Shown here: positions 7,329 through 17,383 of the stretch, one piece after another | How positions within the stretch are numbered: position 1 is the first letter of the stretch | Layout of the letters: each line of letters begins with the position of its first letter | Virus record (IMG/VR): IMGVR_UViG_3300017978_000376 | Location: 1-30,157 of that record | Source of the DNA: a virus | Taxonomy: Duplodnaviria > Caudoviricetes | Length of the DNA stretch: 30,157 nt | Reading direction: 5' to 3' (one strand) | Notes under the pieces: generated by a model | The model's database searches: none | What the model was told of the DNA's origin: nothing | What the model saw: the letters and a program-made list of their open reading frames with translations, nothing else | Position numbers and translations under genes: made by a program

Positions 7329-7851
7329 CGATTTAGGGATAACAGGCAATGCAGCTCCACAAAGCGAGTATGAAAAGCTGATACTTGGAATCGCAAACGA
7401 TGTAACGCAAAAGTTACGCGAGGCCATACTAGCCAAAGCCAGCAACTCAGGCGCGCTCGCTCAATCGGTTGCCTACTTCCCAACTGGCGTATTGTCTTTT
7501 CAAATCCAAGCCGATAGCTACTATAATTTTGTTGATGAGGGTGTCAATGCCTTGCCCACTAAAGAGGGTTACACGTATCGCAGGCCTCAGATGAAAGGCT
7601 CGCCTTATTCCTTTCGTTATGCTGGCGTGAGCTCCATAATGGCGAAAGCTATTCAAGGATGGAAAGGCGGCGATATGCGCCAAGCATACGCAACAGCATA
7701 CAGCATAAAGCGGCACGGCTTACAGGCAAAGCGTATCACTGAAATGGTATTCACTGATGAACTACTCACCAGCATAGGTGATGACCTTACCGCGCTCACA
7801 GGCTTACAATTTGACGTAAAATTTGAAAGAAACACAAACACATGGCAATAA
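7315..7851 (+). CDS. Virion morphogenesis/neck protein (HK97 gp10-like, putative)
   Basis: SGALAQS, YYNFVDEGV and AYSIKRHGL patterns resemble gp10-like neck proteins. Confidence 0.6.
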   Translation: MVNLSDLGITGNAAPQSEYEKLILGIANDVTQKLREAILAKASNSGALAQSVAYFPTGVLSFQIQADSYYNFVDEGVNALPTKEGYTYRRPQMKGSPYSFRYAGVSSIMAKAIQGWKGGDMRQAYATAYSIKRHGLQAKRITEMVFTDELLTSIGDDLTALTGLQFDVKFERNTNTWQ

Positions 7852-9047
7852 CATTAACACAGGGTCCTCAAAGAGTAGCGCCCGGTTGCAATCCTTACGA
7901 ATGGACATTTAGCAGCACCGAAGCGGCGCAGCCTAATTTCAGTTTTATTGTTGAGCTGTACATAAACGGCGTGTATCATTCGACGCATGAAACATTTTTA
8001 GAAACTGTTGACGGGGGTAAATTTAATGCCGAAGGGGTATTGCGCAGCTACTTAAATTCAAACCTAATTACTGACGGCGCGTTGCTTACCAACTACTTTG
8101 AGGCCTTCGCAAAAGTGAGCATTAAGGTGTATGAGAAATACGGCACGCCGCCTATTTTAATGGGTACAGCCACAGCTCCAAACCTTATTGCGATAAACGC
8201 GGCGCTCAATCATATAGACTTCATTAATTGGGACTATCGAAATTACGATGCCTCGCGCAGCAATCCGTTTACAGCCTTCCCAAACACGGTTGATTTCTTG
8301 ACGTATTGGCCTCGCAGCAAAAAAGCGTTTGTTGGCTTAGACCAACGCGCATTTTTAGGCTTGCTTTCGTTGGCAAAAAACATCAATTTCGTTTATACCC
8401 TTTATAATATTGCAAATAGTGTTGTTGCAACTGACACGGTCAATATCCTTACAAATGAGCTTGTAGTTATCGACTGCTCGCCTGCTACCATTGTGGCAAA
8501 TACCAGTATTACAACTCCTGATTTTGAAAACTCGGCATACTATACGATACAGGCGCAAGGCTTGGGAGCAGGTCTTAACACGGGCTTTTCTGAAGAGTTT
8601 GCATTTTGGTTAGATTTCGACTGCAAGCGTTACCCAATTAGGCGCCTGCACTGGCTCAATAAATTTGGCGTATGGGATTCATTCAGTTTTGAAATGGATA
8701 GTGTTGAAAGCGCCGAGGTTACAGCTCAAGATTACGAAAGAAACAAAGGCGCGTGGATTGAAGGCGCACACACCTACCCTATTTATCAGGGGCAAAATGT
8801 AACAGCCTCCAAACAATCAGCGGGGCAAATGCTACTCAACAGCGATTGGATAGCGCCTGAGGTGCAGCAATGGTTAGTGGCTTCGCTATTTGAAAGCCCT
8901 AAGGTCTATTTGGAAACCCCGAACGGATTTAAACCCGTCAAGGTTACAAATACTAGCTATCAACTCAAAACCCGCAAGCGAAACGGGTTGATTCAAGAGC
9001 AAGTAACACTTGAGCGTACTTACACCTACCAAAGCCAGCTTAACTAA
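7842..9047 (+). CDS. Tail structural protein (distal tail/baseplate-like, putative)
   Basis: Beta-rich 401 aa protein with LHWLNKFGVWDSFSF and LFESPKVYL C-terminal motifs; lies in the tail cluster. Confidence 0.6.
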   Translation: MAITLTQGPQRVAPGCNPYEWTFSSTEAAQPNFSFIVELYINGVYHSTHETFLETVDGGKFNAEGVLRSYLNSNLITDGALLTNYFEAFAKVSIKVYEKYGTPPILMGTATAPNLIAINAALNHIDFINWDYRNYDASRSNPFTAFPNTVDFLTYWPRSKKAFVGLDQRAFLGLLSLAKNINFVYTLYNIANSVVATDTVNILTNELVVIDCSPATIVANTSITTPDFENSAYYTIQAQGLGAGLNTGFSEEFAFWLDFDCKRYPIRRLHWLNKFGVWDSFSFEMDSVESAEVTAQDYERNKGAWIEGAHTYPIYQGQNVTASKQSAGQMLLNSDWIAPEVQQWLVASLFESPKVYLETPNGFKPVKVTNTSYQLKTRKRNGLIQEQVTLERTYTYQSQLN

Positions 9048-11311
9048 TGGACACTGAACTCTACATAAATGGGCAGCTTGTACAGCTTGCGGAGCGACCT
9101 ACATTTCCTTTTTCGTTTAGCGTATCAGAACTTACTGACCTTTCAAAGCGAAGCGGTGCGAGCTCTAAAACGATTACGCTGCCCGGAACGTCAATCAATC
9201 AGGCGATATTCAACAGCGTCTTTCAATTGACATCGGTTGAAAACCCAAACGGGCAGCAAAGCGGATTGATTGATTTTGAACCTACAATCAAAGCGACTGC
9301 ACAGGTATATCAAAAAGGGTTACTGCAATTCAACGGCACCGCACAGCTACTTTCCTGCAAGCGCAACGACGGCTTTTGGACATTTGAAATTACTCTTGTA
9401 AGCGAGATAATTGACTACGTGGCCAAGATGGGCGAGTTCAAAATAAATGAGCTCGATTATTCGGAATACGACCACATTTTGGATATAGCAAATGTTTCTG
9501 AAACTTGGGCGGGTTTTAATCAAATAAACGGCGGCTCTCAATCAATTAACACTGGGGGCGCATGGGATGGGGTCGGCTACTATTACGGGCTTATTGATTA
9601 CGGATTTCCGCGTATCAATGCCAATACCTTTGGTGTTGAGCAATTTCCTTTGCAGGTTTTTTGCTACGGGATAATGCAAAAGATTTTTGCTAAAGTTGGC
9701 TTGACTTGGGAAAGCGCCTTTTTAGAATCTAATCTATTCAAAAGACTTGCAATTGCTTACCAAGGCGGAGAATTACCAAGCGTAAGCCCAGCGCAAGCCG
9801 ATACTGATAGCGCGCTGAATGTTGAAATTTCAGCAGGTGCATATATTTTAGAAGCTCAACAAGTTGGCGGTGTTCAAATTATAGACAACAACGGGACACC
9901 TGAATATGTGCCGAGTTTTGGCACGGCTACTTTTGCGGATGCGATTGATATATTTGTCAATCAAGATATACGATCACAAATGGTTAGTGAAGTGCCTGCG
10001 TTGTTTCGCTCGGCAGTTCGAGGCTTGTTTAATTTCCATTACTTTGGCCGCCATGTCATTGATTTAGATTTTGATTTAGCAGGCGCCACAATTGTAGGTG
10101 TAAATGCTACTTATACACTACGCGCGGTCATCTACAAGAATAACACTGTGTTTGCAATTGAGAATGTTTATACGGGTCCGATTACCTCCACAGCACTAAG
10201 CCAATCATTTACCATAGACTTTGACTACTCGCGACAAATGAACTTACTGATTAATGATGAGGTGCGTGTATCGCTTCGCCTAATCATGGCATTTACAGGC
10301 ATAGACCTCGCTAGCTTTTCAGGACAAAATATAAGCTACTCGGTTAAGGTGTCAAGTATTGACACATTTGTCAATTTTGAAAAGGCGGTTGCTCAAATCG
10401 TGCCGGGCAGCACGGTGTATTTATCCGCGTTACTTCCTGACATGAGCGCGGCTGATTTCTTTAACGGCTTTGTCAAAATGTTTAATCTTTTGGTATCGCC
10501 TGATAAGTTCGAGCCAACAAAACTGCTGATTGAGCCGCTGATTGAATACTACAAGCCAAGCAATGAAGCGCTTATTGTTACGCATAAGCTAGATGAAAGC
10601 GAGCAAATCGAAATCGTACCTTCAGCAAATATAGCCTCAAAGCGTTATCAGTTCCTCTGGCAAAAAGACGATGACTATTTCAATGTTGACTACTTTAATA
10701 AATTTGGTGAGCAATTCGGCTACTTTGAGTTGGTCAATGATAGCCAGCTTGCAAATAGCACAACCACATACCAACTACCATTTGCGCAAAAGCTCATGGC
10801 AAATATTCCTTTTGACGATGGTGCCTATACGGGTTTAATTGTACCGAGAAACTTTACCGTATCAAACGGAGCTGTAACGCCCAAAAAAGGCAAGCCCTTT
10901 ATTGTTCAGGTAGGCAAAGGAAATTTTGAGGTTGCTGACTTTAATGTTATTGACGAACTTGGGGCAACTAATGCTTTTAGCGTTTATCCATACGTTGGAC
11001 ATTTAGACCAAGTAACAAGCCCAACTTTTGACCTCAATTTTGGCGTGCCTGACGTGCTTTATTGGAATAGCGCAACGTTGCCGCAAGCAAATCTTTACCA
11101 ATATCATGAGCAGTTCTTGAAAGAACTTGTTTCGCGCTATGGCCGTCTAGTCAAATGCTCGATGCGATGGAATGAGGCGGATATTTACGGCTTAGATTTC
11201 CGCTATTTGCTGAATTTAGACGGTGTTGCTTACCGCCTACAAAAGATTCAGGACTACAATCCAACAAATGACAACAGCACAAAAACCGAATTACTTAAAT
11301 ACATACTATAA
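9047..11311 (+). CDS. Large tail-tip/hub structural protein (putative)
   Basis: 754 aa; N-terminal SKTITLPGT..N..IF and C-terminal YRLQKIQDYNP..STKTELLK; adjacent to tape measure. Confidence 0.65.
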   Translation: MDTELYINGQLVQLAERPTFPFSFSVSELTDLSKRSGASSKTITLPGTSINQAIFNSVFQLTSVENPNGQQSGLIDFEPTIKATAQVYQKGLLQFNGTAQLLSCKRNDGFWTFEITLVSEIIDYVAKMGEFKINELDYSEYDHILDIANVSETWAGFNQINGGSQSINTGGAWDGVGYYYGLIDYGFPRINANTFGVEQFPLQVFCYGIMQKIFAKVGLTWESAFLESNLFKRLAIAYQGGELPSVSPAQADTDSALNVEISAGAYILEAQQVGGVQIIDNNGTPEYVPSFGTATFADAIDIFVNQDIRSQMVSEVPALFRSAVRGLFNFHYFGRHVIDLDFDLAGATIVGVNATYTLRAVIYKNNTVFAIENVYTGPITSTALSQSFTIDFDYSRQMNLLINDEVRVSLRLIMAFTGIDLASFSGQNISYSVKVSSIDTFVNFEKAVAQIVPGSTVYLSALLPDMSAADFFNGFVKMFNLLVSPDKFEPTKLLIEPLIEYYKPSNEALIVTHKLDESEQIEIVPSANIASKRYQFLWQKDDDYFNVDYFNKFGEQFGYFELVNDSQLANSTTTYQLPFAQKLMANIPFDDGAYTGLIVPRNFTVSNGAVTPKKGKPFIVQVGKGNFEVADFNVIDELGATNAFSVYPYVGHLDQVTSPTFDLNFGVPDVLYWNSATLPQANLYQYHEQFLKELVSRYGRLVKCSMRWNEADIYGLDFRYLLNLDGVAYRLQKIQDYNPTNDNSTKTELLKYIL

Positions 11312-13752
11312 TGGCAGATAAGCAAGCAGTTTACACCGTGCGCGTTGACACGGGCAACACAATTAACGACATAAACAACTTTGATAAGGCGCTCAATACG
11401 CTAAACAAAGACATTGACAAGACCCAAAGCAATCTAAACGATAGCACCGCAACAGATGACTTTGCAAAACAGCTCGATGCGCTCAACAAAAAGGTAGAGG
11501 CGGGCGGTCTTTCCATGCGTCAACTTGGCAAGGTTGTACGTGAATACCAATCAATCGCCATTGCAGCAGGCGACGCCTCGCCAATTGGTCAAGATGCCAT
11601 TAGGGCAGCGGCAACCCTTACCGATAGAATGGGCGACATTCGCAGCCAAACAACTGCCTTAAGTTCTGATTTTGTAGGCTTAGACACCGCAATCATGGGC
11701 GTGCAAACGGGAGCGGCAGTATTCGAGGGTGTGCAAAGCGCTATTGCCTTGACGGGTGTAGAGAATGAAAACCTCATGAAAACAATGGTTAAGCTGCAAG
11801 CCGTGCAGGGAGTAGCCAACTCAATAAATACCATTGCGGTAGCACTCAATAAAGAAAGCGTGCTAGGCTTGCAATTACGCACCGCTTGGGAAAGGCTTTA
11901 CACAATCGCAGTAGGTCAATCAACGGGCGCTATGAAGTTGCTTCGCATCGCTATGCTTTCCACAGGCATCGGCGCGCTAGTTGTGGGTGTTGGTTTGCTT
12001 ATTGCAAACTTTGAAAAGGTTGTGTCCGTAATTGGTAAATTCTCAGGCGTTACCAAGGTTCTGCAATTCTTTGGCGTTGTGGATGATGACGTAACAGCTA
12101 AGAATAAAAAGAACAGCCAAGCGCGCAGTAATTACACTAAAAAGGAAACCGACCTGCGCGTCAATGAATTGAACCGCGAGCAAAGTAAAATAGCTGCCCG
12201 CTATGACCATGAAATCAACATGGCCAAAGCAGCAGGCAAAGACACAACAGCACTCGAGCAAAAGAAACGCACTGAGATGCTTAAAACAGGTCGGGCCATA
12301 CTAGCCGAGCTAAAAGTGAAACAAGAGGCTTACAGAGCAGAGTTAGCCATGTTAATTAAGCTGGGAGATGCTGATAGCAAGCGAGCAAAGGACTTGAAAA
12401 AGTTTATATCCGACGGAAACAAAGACATTAAAGAGCAATACAAAACTAATACAGATAACGCAAATGCCATTGAAGTGGCAAATGCTGAGGCGGTTAAGAA
12501 AGCAAATGATCGTGCGGTAGAGCGCAAGAAAAAAAGAGATGAAGAACTTGCGCAAATTAAGGGTTTTTTAGCCGATGCGCAAACATTAACTATGACGTCT
12601 GAAGAAAAAGAGTTTAAATCCATTCAAGATAAATACGCCGCGGAAATTGCTTTAGCAACCAAGCATTACGGCGCTAAATCGCAGCAAGTTCAGGATTTAG
12701 AAATCGCTCGAATGAATGCTGAAAACGACCTGAATTTAAAATACCAAAACGAAGCCTACGCTAAACAAAAAGAGGCCGACGACAAGAAGCTAAAGGAAAC
12801 AGAAGAAACCGAAAAAGAGCGCCTTGTTTTGATGGTGCAGTATGAAAAATTGATAATGGACGAATACCAGCTCGAACTACGCAACTTTGAAGACGCGCAA
12901 GCTGAAGAACGTAAAGCACTTGACAAAGCATTAAAGGACAAAATACTAACGGAGCAAGAACATAAAAAAGGCATCGAGGTGCTCGAGGCACAGCATGCTA
13001 AAAAGGTTGAAGAAATCAACAAGAAAAAGAATGACGCTATTAAAGAGCAAGATAAAAAAACTCTTGAGCAAAAGCTGGCATCCGTTCAAAATATGATTGA
13101 CATAGCGCAAAGGGTGCTTGATAGTCTAAACGCTATCAATGACCTTGTTAAAGTTGCGGAGGAAAATCGCCTGAATGAAATCAAGCAAACAACGGCTCAA
13201 AAAAATGAGGTGCTTAATCAGCAACAGCAAACGGAGCTTGCGCAACAAAATTTAACCGAACAGCAAAAGCAATCAATAAATGACAAATACGCAAAGCTCA
13301 AGTATCAAAATGACCTAAAGGCATTTCAAGAAGAGGACAAGATTAAGCGCGCGCAATTCAAAAGAGACAAGGCGCTACGTATCGCTCAAATCGCTATCGA
13401 CACGGCAAGCGCTATCGCTAAGGCTATTGCAACTTATGGGCCGCCACCTTCACCTATGGGAATTTTTGGTATTGCAGCAGCATCGGCTATTGGCATCGCC
13501 CAAGCCGCAGCAGTTGCCTCACAGCAATATCAAGCCGGCACAATGCCACAGGCGCCGAATGTATCGAGCGGAGTTGGAGCTGGAGCCTCGAGCTTTAGTA
13601 TCGGCACGAATACGCAGCAAACAAACATGCAGCAAACCAATACGCAAACGAGCACGCCATCAGTTACCTCGGTTGTTGTGCTCGAGGTCAACGACTTCAA
13701 CGAGGTGGCCAATAAAGTGGCTGTGCAAGAGGCAAAATCAATGTTTGGATAA
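11311..13752 (+). CDS. Tape measure protein
   Basis: 813 aa, Ala/Gln/Glu/Lys-rich helical and coiled-coil, with hydrophobic segments (STGIGALVVGVGLLIANF; GIFGIAAASAIGIAQAAAV). Confidence 0.85.
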   Translation: MADKQAVYTVRVDTGNTINDINNFDKALNTLNKDIDKTQSNLNDSTATDDFAKQLDALNKKVEAGGLSMRQLGKVVREYQSIAIAAGDASPIGQDAIRAAATLTDRMGDIRSQTTALSSDFVGLDTAIMGVQTGAAVFEGVQSAIALTGVENENLMKTMVKLQAVQGVANSINTIAVALNKESVLGLQLRTAWERLYTIAVGQSTGAMKLLRIAMLSTGIGALVVGVGLLIANFEKVVSVIGKFSGVTKVLQFFGVVDDDVTAKNKKNSQARSNYTKKETDLRVNELNREQSKIAARYDHEINMAKAAGKDTTALEQKKRTEMLKTGRAILAELKVKQEAYRAELAMLIKLGDADSKRAKDLKKFISDGNKDIKEQYKTNTDNANAIEVANAEAVKKANDRAVERKKKRDEELAQIKGFLADAQTLTMTSEEKEFKSIQDKYAAEIALATKHYGAKSQQVQDLEIARMNAENDLNLKYQNEAYAKQKEADDKKLKETEETEKERLVLMVQYEKLIMDEYQLELRNFEDAQAEERKALDKALKDKILTEQEHKKGIEVLEAQHAKKVEEINKKKNDAIKEQDKKTLEQKLASVQNMIDIAQRVLDSLNAINDLVKVAEENRLNEIKQTTAQKNEVLNQQQQTELAQQNLTEQQKQSINDKYAKLKYQNDLKAFQEEDKIKRAQFKRDKALRIAQIAIDTASAIAKAIATYGPPPSPMGIFGIAAASAIGIAQAAAVASQQYQAGTMPQAPNVSSGVGAGASSFSIGTNTQQTNMQQTNTQTSTPSVTSVVVLEVNDFNEVANKVAVQEAKSMFG

Positions 13753-13771
13753 CAACAATAAAGCACTATAA
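13751..13771 (+). promoter_or_regulatory. Candidate late promoter AACAACA-N4-AGCACTATAA
   Basis: Occupies the whole TMP-protease intergenic gap; 2 nt before ATG 13774. Confidence 0.6.
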
Positions 13772-13773
13772 GT

Positions 13774-14403
13774 ATGAAAAGAGACCTACCACTTTACGAC
13801 ATAGGCATCGATCTAAATGATCCCGAAACAACGGTATCATTTAACAGCCTTGTCAAATCGCCTGCACACGAAAAGCAGTTCGAGACTTTCAGCTCAAAGC
13901 AGCACTATCAGTTTAACGACGATGAGCAAAGCATCACGGGTGTAATGATAGCAGCCGAAACCCCTATTTATCGCTACGACACAAAGACCAAAGAAGAATA
14001 CTACGTGCAATTTGGAAAGCAAGCGATTAAGGATATTGTATTTGACTACGCACGTCGCGGCAATTTCAACAACGTAAACATTGAGCACGACGGCAAGCAA
14101 GTAGTTGACGGCATTTTTATGACCATGCTGTACACTATCGACGAAGCAAAAGGCTTTACAGCGCCTGAAAGGTTTAAAGACGAGACCGACGGCACCGTAA
14201 TTTGCAGCTACAAAATCACCGACGCTGATGTTTACCAGCGCGCCAAAGATGGTGAGTTCAAAGGGTTTTCAATTGAAGGCGTTTTTGCCTTGTATGACAG
14301 CGGTAAAACGTCGGATGGATTTAGTAATCATGAAACCGAAATAGATGCGTTTATCAGCAGCTTAGAGCAAATTGTAAAACAGCTTAGCACAATAGGTAAA
14401 TAG
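13774..14403 (+). CDS. Prohead (capsid maturation) serine protease, XkdF-like
   Basis: NVNIEHDG (His) and GEFKGFSIEG (catalytic Ser) motifs; upstream of scaffold and capsid genes. Confidence 0.85.
   Translation: MKRDLPLYDIGIDLNDPETTVSFNSLVKSPAHEKQFETFSSKQHYQFNDDEQSITGVMIAAETPIYRYDTKTKEEYYVQFGKQAIKDIVFDYARRGNFNNVNIEHDGKQVVDGIFMTMLYTIDEAKGFTAPERFKDETDGTVICSYKITDADVYQRAKDGEFKGFSIEGVFALYDSGKTSDGFSNHETEIDAFISSLEQIVKQLSTIGK
14378..14395 (+). promoter_or_regulatory. Candidate late promoter variant AACA-N4-AGCACAATAG
   Basis: Third copy of the motif, 15 nt upstream of ATG 14411. Confidence 0.5.
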
Positions 14404-14410
14404 AAACTTT

Positions 14411-15235
14411 ATGAAAGAGAAATTCGAAAAAATTAAATCCTTGTTTGCTACCATCACCAAAATGATTGGCAAATTTTTTGAGACCACCCTAGAGGATGGC
14501 ACCTTGCTCAAATGGGAAGGCGACCTTACAGTCGGCACGCCTGTATTTGTTGTTGATGGCGAAAACGAAGTGCCTGCCCCAGAGGGAACGCACGTACTTG
14601 TAGAGATGGACAACATGAGTATCGTTTTAGATGCTGACGGCGTTGTCATTGAAATCATTGAGGAAGTTGCGCAAAGCAAAGAAGAAAACGCAGCCGAAGG
14701 CTCGGAAGTATTCAGTAAAAAAGCCCTTGAGCATTTCGCTGAGATTTCTCAAGTATCAATGTGGTCAATGAATGTCGACCAAGATACAATTGAGGTTGGC
14801 ACGAAACTTACCTACTCTTATACATACGGCGAAACAACCGATGTTTACACACTATCCGCAGGTGAATATCAAGACGCAAACGGCCGTCGTTTCTTGGTTG
14901 ACGCTAACGGAGTAGTACAAATGTTCCTTGAAGCATCAACAGGGGCACAGGCTCAAAGCTCTGGCGAGCAAATGAGCGCGGCCATTGCTGAGCTTAAGGC
15001 GACTAACTCAAACCTATTTGCTGCCGCTAAGGAATTGCAAAGCGTGGTAGAGCTTATGAGCGCTGAAAATGGGACATTGAAAGAGGAGTTGAGCACTCTA
15101 ACAACTCGCTTCAATGCACTTGCTAGCAAGCCGTCTGACAAAGGCAGCGAAACGCAGCGCATCACGCGTGAAGAGAGCAAGTTTACAGCTCAACAAAAAA
15201 GGCTACTTGATGCCGCAAAACAAGAACGTAAATAA
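14411..15235 (+). CDS. Capsid scaffolding protein (putative)
   Basis: Acidic, with a C-terminal coiled coil; lies between protease and major capsid genes. Confidence 0.7.
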   Translation: MKEKFEKIKSLFATITKMIGKFFETTLEDGTLLKWEGDLTVGTPVFVVDGENEVPAPEGTHVLVEMDNMSIVLDADGVVIEIIEEVAQSKEENAAEGSEVFSKKALEHFAEISQVSMWSMNVDQDTIEVGTKLTYSYTYGETTDVYTLSAGEYQDANGRRFLVDANGVVQMFLEASTGAQAQSSGEQMSAAIAELKATNSNLFAAAKELQSVVELMSAENGTLKEELSTLTTRFNALASKPSDKGSETQRITREESKFTAQQKRLLDAAKQERK

Positions 15236-15262
15236 TTTTTAAACCCCAAAAAACAAACAAAA

Positions 15263-16231
15263 ATGGCTTCTTTAAAATCCATCATTAAATCAAAGTTTGA
15301 TTACGACGTATCAGACTTAACGGCTTACGTTGACGACCAACAAGCTGAATTAGTTACACGCTCAGTAAGCGAAGCGGTAACATTGAACTACATTCGCACT
15401 CAAGAGGGCGTTAAAGGTTCGCAAGATATCAAATTGCTCAATGATGAGGTGATTTATCAGGCGGCTGACTGCGACATGACTGACCAAGGCGACACGGTCT
15501 TTTCTGATCGCAAAATCACAACCGTTGCAATCGGTTTCAAAAAAGGCTTTTGTAACAAAGACCTTGACGGATTCTGGACGCAATTAGCACTCCGCCCGGG
15601 TGCAATGGCTGAGGATAAAGAACTCCCTTTCGAGGCTGCCATCACTGACTATTTAATGCGCTTGAATGCGGTTCAATTGGATAAATTGATTTGGCAAGGT
15701 AACACCTCAACAGGTACAGGCAACTTACAATGGTTCAATGGCTTCAAAACCATCTTAACCGTTGCAAATGGTTGTATTGATTTGAACCCAACTGACATTA
15801 CAGCAATCACTACTTCAAACGCTTACGACATTTTCTACGGATGTTATGCAAACATGAGCGATGCTATCATGGAAAGTGATGAGAAAATCGCATTTACTTC
15901 ACGTGGCAACTTTGACAAGTTGATGAAGAACCTCGTTGACCTTAACTTCTTCCATTACTCACCTGCGGCTATCGCTGCAATGAATGAGGTTGTTATCCCG
16001 GGTACTGACTTGACTGTGGTTAAAACACCGGGTCTTGCTGGCGCAACTGAGGTATTTGTTGGTAAGCGTTCACACTTTGTATTCGGTACTGATTTAGCGA
16101 CTGATTCAGCTTCTTACGAATTGTGGTACTCACAAGATGACGACAAGCTCTATATCCGCTCTAAAATGCGCGGCGGTGTACAGGTTCCGTTTACAAACGA
16201 AATCGGCGTATTTAAATTACACACAGCCTAA
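15263..16231 (+). CDS. Major capsid protein (HK97 fold)
   Basis: 322 aa; LDKLIWQG...FNGF motif, position after protease and scaffold, and a strong downstream hairpin. Confidence 0.88.
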   Translation: MASLKSIIKSKFDYDVSDLTAYVDDQQAELVTRSVSEAVTLNYIRTQEGVKGSQDIKLLNDEVIYQAADCDMTDQGDTVFSDRKITTVAIGFKKGFCNKDLDGFWTQLALRPGAMAEDKELPFEAAITDYLMRLNAVQLDKLIWQGNTSTGTGNLQWFNGFKTILTVANGCIDLNPTDITAITTSNAYDIFYGCYANMSDAIMESDEKIAFTSRGNFDKLMKNLVDLNFFHYSPAAIAAMNEVVIPGTDLTVVKTPGLAGATEVFVGKRSHFVFGTDLATDSASYELWYSQDDDKLYIRSKMRGGVQVPFTNEIGVFKLHTA

Positions 16232-16244
16232 TCATTGAAATTCA

Positions 16245-16268
16245 AAGGGGAGGCAACTCCCCTTATTT
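16245..16268 (+). terminator. Hairpin/terminator after capsid gene
   Basis: AAGGGGAG-GCAA-CTCCCCTT perfect stem with a GNRA loop and a weak T tail. Confidence 0.75.
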
Positions 16269-16291
16269 ACTCACTTAAAATTTAAATAACT

Positions 16292-16813
16292 ATGTCTTGT
16301 GGACTTACAGCTGGTTGGAATGACAGGATTTGCACCAACGGAAAAGGCGGTATCAAATCGGTTTTATTCTTTACCAAAGAGCAAATATCGGGCACACCTA
16401 CAAAAGTAGGTAACGAGGTTACTGCGATGACCGTTACAGGCGATACATACCTGTACAAATTGAAGCGCGACCTTTCAAGCGCAACTTATCCACCACGTGT
16501 TAATGACAACGGCGCTTTGTTTTATGAAGAAACGCTTACAATCGTCTTGAATAACGACACTAAAGAGCTTCGCGCTGAAATCAATTTGCTTGCTCAAAAC
16601 GAGCTTGTAGCGGTTGTTGAAAAGCGCAACGGCTCAATCATTGTACTCGGCTTAGACCAAGGCCTACAAATGCGCGAAGCATCTGAGGCGGGCACAGGTA
16701 CGGCAGTAAGCGACCGCAATGGCCATACTTTGGTATTCACATCTATGGAGGATAACGAAGTTCCGGACATGGCAACAGCGCTTTACACCACCTTGTTGGC
16801 TCAAGCAGCTTAA
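16292..16813 (+). CDS. Major tail (tube) protein, putative
   Basis: 173 aa; MSC.LTAG...C...GGIKSV N-terminus and GTGTAVSDRNGHTLVFT motif; flanked by hairpins like an abundant structural gene. Confidence 0.75.
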   Translation: MSCGLTAGWNDRICTNGKGGIKSVLFFTKEQISGTPTKVGNEVTAMTVTGDTYLYKLKRDLSSATYPPRVNDNGALFYEETLTIVLNNDTKELRAEINLLAQNELVAVVEKRNGSIIVLGLDQGLQMREASEAGTGTAVSDRNGHTLVFTSMEDNEVPDMATALYTTLLAQAA

Positions 16814-16832
16814 TCAAACTGATTCACTAATC

Positions 16833-16864
16833 AAAAAGGCAAGGTTTACGCTTTGCCTTTTTTT
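16833..16864 (+). terminator. Intrinsic terminator
   Basis: AAAAAGGCAAGG...CTTTGCCTTTTTTT hairpin with T tract. Confidence 0.85.
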
Positions 16865-16865
16865 A

Positions 16866-16873
16866 TACCTTTG
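16866..16873 (+). promoter_or_regulatory. Bacteroidota -7 promoter box (TACCTTTG), probably driving a leaderless mRNA
   Basis: TAnnTTTG match 5 nt before ATG 16879, directly after the terminator. Confidence 0.6.
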
Positions 16874-16878
16874 AAATC

Positions 16879-17094
16879 ATGGCGAAAATTAAAAAAGAGT
16901 GCATAGGCATTCAAATGAAATCACCCCTAGTAAACAAATGGTTTACAATCAAAGAAGGTGAAGAGGCGACCTATAAGGCGCTAGGCTTTGACGTATTCGA
17001 AACAAAGAAAAAACCCGCGAAAAATGCTGATAGTTTACAAGGGGGAACCCAACCAAATAGTGGTAACAGCGACGGAGCTAACGACGCAAACTAA
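16879..17094 (+). CDS. Small hypothetical protein
   Basis: ATG follows the promoter box; C-terminus overlaps the next gene. Confidence 0.65.
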   Translation: MAKIKKECIGIQMKSPLVNKWFTIKEGEEATYKALGFDVFETKKKPAKNADSLQGGTQPNSGNSDGANDAN

Positions 17095-17383
17095 CCCGAT
17101 TTTTGTATTTGAGTTTACTCACCATCAAAGCACCGAGCAAGTCGGGCCCGTTGTGCTTAGCAATGAAAGCCTTTCACCTGAGCGATACGATGAGTTTATC
17201 ATTGATGAGGGTGTAAACGTTACGTTTCCTTATACAGGCGACTACACTTATCGAGTGATTGAACAACAGTCAGGCACAATATTAGAGGTGGGCAGGCTAA
17301 TTGTAAAAGAAGCCAAAGCGGCCGACGACATTTACCAAGACGACGTAACCAATACCATATATGGCGGAGAGCAAACCAATTAA
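17024..17383 (+). CDS. Small beta-rich virion protein (head completion-like, putative)
   Basis: ATG 17024 is preferred over TTG 16988; GDYTYRVIEQ...LEVGRLIV pattern; sits just upstream of portal. Confidence 0.6.
   Translation: MLIVYKGEPNQIVVTATELTTQTNPIFVFEFTHHQSTEQVGPVVLSNESLSPERYDEFIIDEGVNVTFPYTGDYTYRVIEQQSGTILEVGRLIVKEAKAADDIYQDDVTNTIYGGEQTN

Noticed and set aside
13427-13771. Alternative-frame + strand ORFs at 13427, 17798 and 20006
   Set aside because: They lie essentially within TMP, portal and terminator genes, start at TTG codons, and have no slippery site or motif.
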